Below are positions 54,688 to 64,000 of a stretch of DNA of 64,000 bases, one piece after another (the stretch's first letter is position 1; each line of letters begins with the position of its first letter). The stretch lies in the NCBI GenBank assembly GCA_964016885.1, contig OZ024742.1, forward strand, positions 214,520,001-214,584,000, read 5' to 3'. The notes below the pieces were generated by a model. The model made no database searches, was not told the origin of the DNA, and worked only from the letters and a program-made list of their open reading frames with translations. Both the position numbers and the translations under genes were made by a program. The DNA is from Eledone cirrhosa (Eukaryota).

Positions 54688-56213
54688 TTATTTAATATAG
54701 AGTTTGAATACTAAAAATTGTATTAAGAAGTGTAAAAATGTATTAATAAAATAAAATAAAATAAAAATAAAATAAAATAAAAGTAAAATAAAAATAAAAA
54801 TTAAATTAAAATAATAATAATAATAATAAAGGGATTTTTAAAATAAAATAAAATAAGATAAAATAAAATAAATTAAAATAAGATAAAATAAAATAAAATA
54901 AGATAGACTAGAATAAAAAAGACTAGAATAAAAAATAATAAATAATAAATAAGAATAGTCCATCTATGTCAAAATTAAAAATTACTATTACAAATTTATG
55001 TATGTGGGGTATAATATTAGATTATTATTTAATATTTTATATCAACAAGTAAATAAAGGAAATAGTTAGAAAGTTCTAAACGTAAACAGACATATGACGT
55101 CATAGATTGTTTACAAAATCCACAAAGGTTTGAACGGATAAATTAACGCTAGTAGAGAAAGAAGATGAAATGCTTAATAATGCAAAGAAAATGGGATTAA
55201 TACATTGTAGAATATAATGAAATATGTGAGAAAAAAAATGTGTGAAAAGATATGTGTAAATATATATGTGTAAAAAAATATGTGTAAAAAAGATTAACCG
55301 TTATTCGTACAATACGTTATAGGACATTAGCTGTATACTTTGTGAAAGGTCTTAAAAGGTTCATGAATACAGATAGCAAATAAGTCCATACGTCTATTTA
55401 TTAAAGAGTTGAAATTAGAGATAATGGTATATTTTTCAGCTAGACATAAATTACTGACCCTAGATATGGAAGCGTTGGAGTAAGGTAAAGCGTTGCAAAT
55501 TTTACGCCAAGAGATTTCGTAATTAATGTTTTTGTCTTTTTAGGACCAAATAAGTTCTGAGAGTTCAGTGCTGGTTCTTTTAAGTGGATATTTAAATGTA
55601 GAAGAATGGTTATAGAGTCTTGCTTTAAAAGAAGTAGAAGTAGAGCCAATGTAGGTATAGGTATTGGTACTAGTTACCACTTTACACTAATATATTACGT
55701 TTTTATCGAAACAGAAATTACTAAGAGGACAATTAGTTCTAATAGGGCAGTTGCATTTACGATTAAGATTATTAACAGAGTTATTTACTAGTGGCCCAGG
55801 ATTATTTCTCATAGGAACTGGGGTGGTGGAATTTACTTAAGGAGGTGCTAAAGTTTCCTGATTTACATTACTATTTGAAGCATTCCTCAAAGATACGTTT
55901 GACGTCGTATTTATATTTAAGTTATTTTGGCTAGAGTTTACATTGACGTCGGGCCTTAGAGTGTTATTATTATGACTCTCATGGTTGGATGCACATGAGT
56001 TATTATTTAATATTTTAGAATTATGTCTAGAGATAATTTTTCAAAAGGTGGAAGTAGTGGAATATGAGAATTTAATGGTATGCTTATTGAAAATCTTTAT
56101 ATATACTCCAGTTCTACCAACTATTGAGTGCTACTTATCGGATATATGCTTAGTTTTATTGTTCTTCAATATTACTCACCTCCTACATTATATATATATA
56201 TATATATATATAT

Positions 56214-56790
<577 letters not shown>

Positions 56791-56834
56791 TATGAAATTA
56801 AAACAAAGAAGCCTTCAATACATCAAAAGTCTTT

Positions 56835-56879
56835 ATTAGCCAACAATGTTTCGTCCTATTAAGGACTCATCAGGGCAAT
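56835..56879 (-). ncRNA. Minimal type I HHR in inverted pLTR
   Basis: attgcc ctgatga gtcc ttaata ggac gaaac att gtt ggctaat. Confidence 0.8.
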
Positions 56880-56976
56880 TAAAACAACAAGAAGTAACCC
56901 TTGTCACTGCTCCCGATCGGTTGAGCTTCCTCATATATACTGGTATTTTGGCCTTTATATATATATATCTGACAGT

Positions 56977-59650
56977 ATGCTAACAAAGAGTTACCTGCCT
57001 TTATCTCTGAAGAATATTCCCACCCCTCTAAGAATACTTACGAAAAACTATTGATAGCTAGTGTTAACTCCTTTGTAAAAAGGATTACATGGCGTGCTTT
57101 CCACTATGATAAAAATAAGAATAGGAAGGGCCACAGGAATAGAACACATTTTAATAACTATGGCTTCAAACCTTATAAGAGCCCTCCACATAATATTCTA
57201 TTAGATAGTTTTGAAAGTGACTTACTCTCTCTTGTCAAAAATATTAGGTATAGGCCAAATAATAGACATAGAAATTATAATAATTTTGATAAGTTCCATA
57301 TTGTTACGGGTTTCGGTGAGAATAAGTCCATTCTTGTCCCGGCGGATAAGACTAAGAATCTATACTCCGTGGATTATAGTGCTTACCGTGACTTTATTTA
57401 TAAGGAGCTACATAGAAATTATAAAAAAACTACGCTTGAGAATGTGAACCACATCAATAGTGAGGGTCTTAAAATTGTCTCTGACCTCGGCCTCGATAAT
57501 TATACCCAGCCATATTACCCTCGAGAACCGAGATTCACTCTTAAGGATCATAAGGTTGATTTTATTAGTAACCCCTCTGTTAGACTCATCTGTCCTTCTA
57601 AGTCCGATATAGCCATTATCAGTAAAAAAAATCCTTGACCTTATTATACCAGATGTTAGGGATAAAGTTAATTTTAACCTATGGGGGAACACTAAGGAAG
57701 TTATAGATTGGTTCTCTGGGATTAATAGACTTGAATCTAATATGTTTATCCAATTCGATATTGATGCCTACTACACATCAATTTCACCCATCCTCCTCAA
57801 TAAAGCTTTAATGTTGGCCATGAGAGTGTCCAGCCTTACACGATCACAGGTAGATATTATACTAGCAGCCCGTAGAACTATTATTAAATTTGAGGACACA
57901 TTTTGGACCCGTAAAAACACGCCCAATAATTACGACGTTACAATGGGTTCGAGTGATTTGGCCCAGGTCACTGATCTTGTTGGGTTGTTCCTCCTTAATG
58001 AACTATATGCTACCTTCCCGCACCTTATAGGCGGACTATATCGTGATGATGCATTGTTTGTAATTAACTCTAGCACCAACAATGTAGAGCATAATAAGAA
58101 GAAGATTTATAAGTTTTTTTAAAAGCTATAACCTTTCGATCACGATAGATAGAAATGATAGAGCGGTTAACTTTTTAGATGTGACTTTGGACTTGGTCAC
58201 TAATAGTTTTAAACCCTTCCATAAGCCTAATGAAATACTTTCTTATGTTAGTCCCAATTCTAACCACCCCAAATCTATGATAAGCTCTATAATTAAGGGT
58301 GTATCTAATAGGATTTCCACACTCTCTAGGGACGTAGGAACATTTAATTAACATGCAGAGTACTATAATAATGCCCTAGCAAATTCCGGTTACTCTAGTA
58401 AAATACATTATAATAATAGTAACCTTAGAAAGTCTCCGCTTACTTTTAATAATAATAACATAATATTACATAACATGGCCATGAATGGGAGTAGGAAGCA
58501 TAATAACCGTAAAAATTACATAGGTGTATCTGAACCCATCCATAAGTTAACCCACGGGACTCGTAATAGTGAATATAATACCTCTAGGAAACAAGTCGAA
58601 CCCTCTGAGCGCTCACTCATTGGTGATCATTTTGCTAGATCTTATTCTAATAATGTTGCTTCTACTGATCCTATTATTGGCCCTAATCATTTTGATGGGA
58701 TTCCAGACAGCAGCAGATCTACTGGAGGTAGAAACGGTAATAGACTTAATGCAATTTTGGCTGATTCTAATAATGCGGTTTTAACTAATCCTTGTAGTAA
58801 CCCTAGTCTTGATGGTGGGATATTTGATAATGGTAGAGTCGGTAAGAATAAAAATAGAAGGAGATTAAATACTTATTTTAACCCGCCATATAATCAGGAA
58901 GTATTAACTAATATCCCTATGTCTTTCTTTTCTATCTTAGAGAAAAATTTCCCCCCTTCTCATAAATACCATAGTATTTTTAATAAAAATGTTATTAAAC
59001 TTTCATTCTCTACCACCCCTAATATTAGTTCTCATTTAGCTAGCACTAACAATAGGAAAATTAGGGATGGATTCTCCTCTCTACATACTACTAGTCTGAA
59101 CAGATCTGGAAATGCATTACCACCAGAACAGACCTTATCTAATAGCAATCTTACGTGTAATGCATCACCACTTGAGCCAACTAATAACACCCGGAAGTGC
59201 AACTGTAGAGTGAGTGCTAACTGCCCTTTAAACGGTAACTGCCTCTCTAAGAACATTGTCTATGCTTGCGTAGTTATAACTAATTCCTCTAATAGAACTT
59301 ATATAGGCTCTACATCTAACACTTTTAAGACATGGTTTAACTCTCATATCTCTAATTTCAAACATGTTAAGTTTAAGAATTCTACTTCTTTAGCACATTA
59401 TATCTGGGATCTCAAGGGGGCTAATATACCATATAGCCTTTACTGGCGTTTAGTAGCACGCTCTAATAACCTTTCTACACATACTAAATTTTGTAATCTC
59501 TGTATCCTCGAGACACACTCTATAATTTTCTCTAGCGAATCCTTACTTAATAGAAAGTCTGAGATATTCTCTTCTTGCCCCCACGCTATTTCTAATTCAT
59601 ACTTTTATTATAAACCTAAAGGTTCTAGTAGTACAAATTGTATCCATTAG
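56977..59650 (+). pseudogene. PLE RT + GIY-YIG polyprotein (about 3 frameshifts, 1 stop)
   Basis: SLKNIP, RITWRAF, YGFK..KSPP, PADKTKNLY, TLKDHK.DF..NP.VRLICPSKS, FDIDAYYTSI, VTMGS, GLYRDD, VNFLDVT, SNHP, FNPPYN, CNCR..NCPLNGNCL, YIGST, CNLC..E, LNRKSE...CPH. Confidence 0.92.
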
Positions 59651-61191
59651 CTGATATATTCCATTACTTATTTTTTAGTTTAGGTTCTTTTGTTTACCAC
59701 CATTATTATCATCATTATTATCATTGGTTTTTGACGACTCTTTATTCTAGCTCTCATAATCTTTTGGCTACTATACCATATCTATCTTCTTACGCATTAA
59801 ATTTTCACTATTAACACCTTATGAGTATATATCTGATTATATATTTTACATTATTTTATTTTATTTCATTTTATTTTATTTTATTTTATTTTTATTTTTA
59901 TTTGGATTCTTCTTTGGATAACCCTCCCCCCCCCTTCCCCACCCCCATGCGCACATAAACTTATTGTCAACCCCTCCAAATAGATTATGATTATATTTAA
60001 TCCCCCCCTCTTTTACGCTCCTTTCTATTATTTAATATAGTATATTGACTATGATTTTATGCCCCTTTGTATCCTCCATATATTTCTTCATTTCTGTCCC
60101 ATTAGCCTACCATAATTCTGCTTAAGTCAGTTTTTTAGATATCGTTATGTATATGATAGTAAAAAATTTCATTCCTTTTTGTAAATATTTGTAACGAAAT
60201 ATTAACGTTTATAAACTTTAATTACTTGAACTATAGCTAATATTATACTGCCTTATTGGATATTTTATATATTTTTAATATTAATTTATCAAATAGGGTT
60301 TTCGAGTCATTTACCGGGGTTATTTCCTAAGTTTTTACTTAACTGCTTGTGAGACCTAAATGTATACTTTTGTTTTTGTTTTTTAATTTCCGGTTGATTC
60401 TATTTATTTATTTTATTTTATTTTATATTTTATATTTTATTTGTAATACTACTGTGTATTATATTTACTGTCTGGCCCTTACTCACTCATCCTCATACAT
60501 GTCTGTTTACCAACCCTGTAATTATAAGTAATTATATATTATATTATGTTAATTATTTTATATTATATGATATTGTATTTGTTATTGTAATATCGATCCT
60601 TATTACTTACCGTTAATTATATGTAACATTATGATATGTTAAACTTTATATATCATGTAAGATGTTTATATTTTTGTACCATCATAATTTTTGGGTATTG
60701 TACAATTTATTTTTCCTCACCTACTCTGTAACTCTATATGAATTGATTTGTTAACTTGAATGCCATTATATATTGTATATTATAAATGTTAGTATATTAT
60801 TATTATAGTATTATTGTGACATCTATATTGTTTGTGTAAGTTAACCGGAGATTATCTTTTCTATTATATTATATTATATAGTATATAATTGTATAGTTTA
60901 TTATATATTATATGTGCTACTTATAATAATATCATATTATTACCTCATGTTTATTGGGTATATGTATTATTATTATTATTATTATTATTATTTTTATTCC
61001 TATCATGCTTATTTATATTTAAACTCTTAATAAGGTTTAATTTGTGCTGTTGAAGATGGATATGTGTATTGATGTATGTGTATGTGTGCGTACGTGTGCA
61101 TACATATATACATATGTATATTGTACCATTTGATTTTTATTGTAATTTTAATATTGGTAAAGGTATATTATATTATATTACATTGTATTAT

Positions 61192-61240
61192 AGTAATGCA
61201 CTGGGTAATTGCTGGCCTTGTGCCTAAAGTAGAAACAATT
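61192..61240 (+). mobile_element. 3' fragment of the tRNA-derived SINE
   Basis: agtaatgcactgggtaattgctggccttgtgcctaaagtagaaacaatt. Confidence 0.8.
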
Positions 61241-61469
61241 ATATATAATTCCTGCTCTATATAACCACCTTTGTTTAGCTCTAGGTTTTTTTTGCTTTGG
61301 ACTATATTTGTAATATGGTTCTTAATGTTATACACCTCCTTAGTAATTTTTATTATATATTTTTATTATATATTTCTACCCATAATCTTGCAATACTTTA
61401 GTGTATGTACACTCCATATTCTTCGGAGTTTCCGGCTTGTATTGGCCGATAATACTTCTTGTGGTTTTA

Positions 61470-61514
61470 ATTACCCTGATGAGTCCTTAATAGTACGAAA
61501 CATTGTTGGCTAAT
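61470..61514 (+). ncRNA. Minimal type I HHR in 3' pLTR
   Basis: ctgatga gtcc ttaata gtac gaaac att gtt; one stem II mismatch. Confidence 0.75.
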
Positions 61515-61657
61515 AAAGACTTTTGATGTATTGAAGGCTTCTTTGTTTTACTTTCATAATTCTTCGGCTCTGTTTAACTACATTGAGCTATACCTTTTAC
61601 TGTCATTTCTATAATACGAAGAGGGTGTTTAACTCCAACACGCTCCGGTATTTTAAC

Positions 61658-61766
<109 letters not shown>

Positions 61767-61769
61767 TAT

Positions 61770-62213
61770 ATTGTAATACTTCGGGAGGGTCATATTGTTG
61801 TAATAATATTCCCAGAATTAATAACAGAACACTCTCACTGTGTGGTTGGTTTTCACTTCTGTATCTTTTATATCAGTTAATTTATTCGGTCCTCAATGTT
61901 TACCATTGACTGACCAACGGTCAAAAATACATATATAATATAGACACAAACACATATATATAGTCTAACAAAGTTCTTTTGTTGCACATCTGCAACATCG
62001 TCAGTGGTGCTATTATATTTCCTCCTGTTGTATTGTATATCGACGTCATCTTTATTTTATCTGTATATTTATTTAGGTTTGTTGGTTCACCACTGGATAG
62101 AACAGGTCATTCCGTATGGTCAACCTCGATGTAATATTATGGAGATCACTCAACGTAATGCAATTCACCCGTCTTCGTTTGGGTAGTTGGTGGTGCAAGT
62201 ACGGAGTTAGTTG
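61770..62213 (-). mobile_element. pLTR-like segment of the 27218 family with HHR (61967-62008)
   Basis: Matches 27218-27428, then minus-strand ctgacga t gttgca gatg tgcaac aaaagaactt tgtt (GAAA mutated). Right boundary is uncertain. Confidence 0.7.
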
Positions 62214-63136
62214 TTATAAAATAACAGGAGGCTGGACTTGTGTAAATCCTTGAAATGTTTATTATACTATTATCATTTCAATGACCGTGTTCAGTATGAA
62301 TCTGGTGACATCATCAGGCATTTAAAATATAACAAAGGAATATAAAAGACAAATTCCATGGGGCTGAAAATCAGAGATATGTGAGTGTGCTCGGAAAAAT
62401 TAATTTCCATTTCTTTCGCTAGACGATAATATTCGGAACGGTTGACACGTTAGGGCAGGGATGGCCGAGGGTCCGCAGTCGTCGCTGGTTATTGACCGCT
62501 ATATTGACTCTATATTCTACCCTGAAACTTTATCGTGACTATCTATAATTCTATAATACACTTAAACTTTTTCATAAAAGCCTCCCTCTGTAAATTCTTT
62601 AACTAAATCTCACAACCTTAAACCTTAAACCTTATTCTTCTAATTTCATCGTCTAACTCTAAACATAAGTTTAACGTTTCTAATTGTTAATCTAAATTTC
62701 TGTCCATACATTATACTATACAGATGCCCCCTATATATGTCTTTGTTGAAGATATTTGTTCTTTGAAAACACATTTTCGCGGTACTTTCTCGCACGCATG
62801 ATTAGCTTGATTGTGGCATGACCTCAACATTGGGATATTTCTTTGACAGGGACGTAGTAGCACACTATAATCCTGCACCCCTTCACCAGATGATCATAAG
62901 TAGACTTAATAATCGACACTTGAGGGCGGCCGACCGAGGTAGAAGCTGCTAAATATTCGGTACCCCTCATGTCTCTGATTTTTTGCCCCATGGATTTTGA
63001 CTCTTATATTCCTTTGTTATATTTTAAATACCTGATGATGTCACCGTATTCATACTGAACCCGGTCATTGAAATGATCATAGTGTAATAAACCTTTTAAG
63101 GAATTACACCAGTCCAACCTCCTGTTATTTTATAAT
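62214..63136. mobile_element. Non-coding element with inverted HHR-bearing arms of about 150 bp
   Basis: Inverted repeat 62214-62364/62985-63136; HHRs at 62264-62321(-) and 63028-63085(+). Confidence 0.8.
63028..63085 (+). ncRNA. Type I hammerhead ribozyme
   Basis: atac ctgatga tgtcaccg...cggtcatt gaaa tgatca ta gtgt; palindromic stem III atgatcat. Confidence 0.72.
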
Positions 63137-63169
63137 ATATATTATATATATATATATATATATTATATA

Positions 63170-63221
<52 letters not shown>

Positions 63222-63292
63222 ATATATATTAATTATATATATATATATTATATATATATATATATATATTAATTATATATATATATATATAT

Positions 63293-63324
<32 letters not shown>

Positions 63325-63378
63325 ATATATATTATATATATATATATATATTATATATATATATATTATATATATATA

Positions 63379-63475
<97 letters not shown>

Positions 63476-63479
63476 ATAT

Positions 63480-64000
63480 CGTTTCTGAATTACTTTGGCA
63501 AGATTCTTTATCTGAAAACGTGTGTTGAAACCAATATTGTTATACTTTGGAAGGATCATGTTGCCAATAAGAAACACACATACCAGTTGCTTTCACTCCA
63601 ATTTATTATAAATAAAAAAAATAAAACATTTATAAATTTCCGGCTGGTAGGTTGGTTCCACAACCGGACGTTTCTTCATATATTGTCAAAGTTCTTTCGT
63701 CACACATTCTGTGACCTCTTCAGTGACTTGGGATTCTTTTCTTTGTTTAGGTGCCTCTCCTTTGTTCTGTCCTACGCCATTTTGTTTTTGTGTGTCAACA
63801 AAAACATGATGGTGTAACATAGAACAAAGGAGAGCACAAAACAAAGAAAGAAATCCCCAGTCATTGAAGAGGCCACAGACTGTGTGACGAAAGAATATTG
63901 ACAATATATGAACAACCGTCTGTTTGTGGAACGAACCAATCAACCGGAAATTTCTAAATTTTTTTGAAGAAATAAACATTTTTTTATTTTTTATTTTTTT
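63480..64000 (-). mobile_element. Hairpin-shaped PLE remnant running off the window end
   Basis: Tail + pLTR as in 28049-28461, with the axis near 63793. Confidence 0.8.
63685..63727 (-). ncRNA. Minimal type I HHR
   Basis: gtca ctgaaga g gtcaca gaatg tgtgac gaaag aa ctt tgac. A degenerate inverted copy lies at 63860-63902. Confidence 0.72.

Larger units (their letters stand above)
54040..56190 (-). mobile_element. 5'-truncated decayed Naiad-type PLE (GIY-YIG, long AT-rich 3' UTR, HHR)
   Basis: Manual minus-strand translation of about 55360-56100: KIFNKHTIKFSYSTT...RKCNCPIRTNCPLSNFC...YIGSTSTSFKARLYNH...LIWS*K...NLCLAEK. Not shown in the ORF track because of stops. Confidence 0.85.

Overview
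This is an AT-rich, microsatellite-dense stretch of a eukaryotic genome with no convincing host gene. The SINE and LINE types suggest an invertebrate, probably an octopus-like cephalopod (inference). 1-16.5 kb is a nest of decayed non-LTR retrotransposons in (AAT)n tracts: two R4/Dong-type RT-RLE families and one L1/Tx1-type APE-RT family. 22-64 kb is dominated by Penelope-like elements (PLEs, Naiad-type: GLYRDD RT, CxC...CPL...C plus GIY-YIG) and short non-coding derivatives, almost all inserted in (TA)n. They carry roughly 20 type I hammerhead ribozyme (HHR) motifs, intact or decayed, from about 10 sequence families. The most striking objects are two non-coding tandem arrays of apparently identical units with one HHR per unit: a 310-bp unit at 36251-37084 and a 591-bp unit at 41692-43660, the latter with a U3-A8 covariant core. 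Both look like retrozyme-type circular-RNA elements copied by rolling reverse transcription by a PLE. Also present: tRNA-derived SINEs, non-autonomous Helitrons and one RTE LINE. All pairings and alignments were done by eye; element boundaries are approximate.
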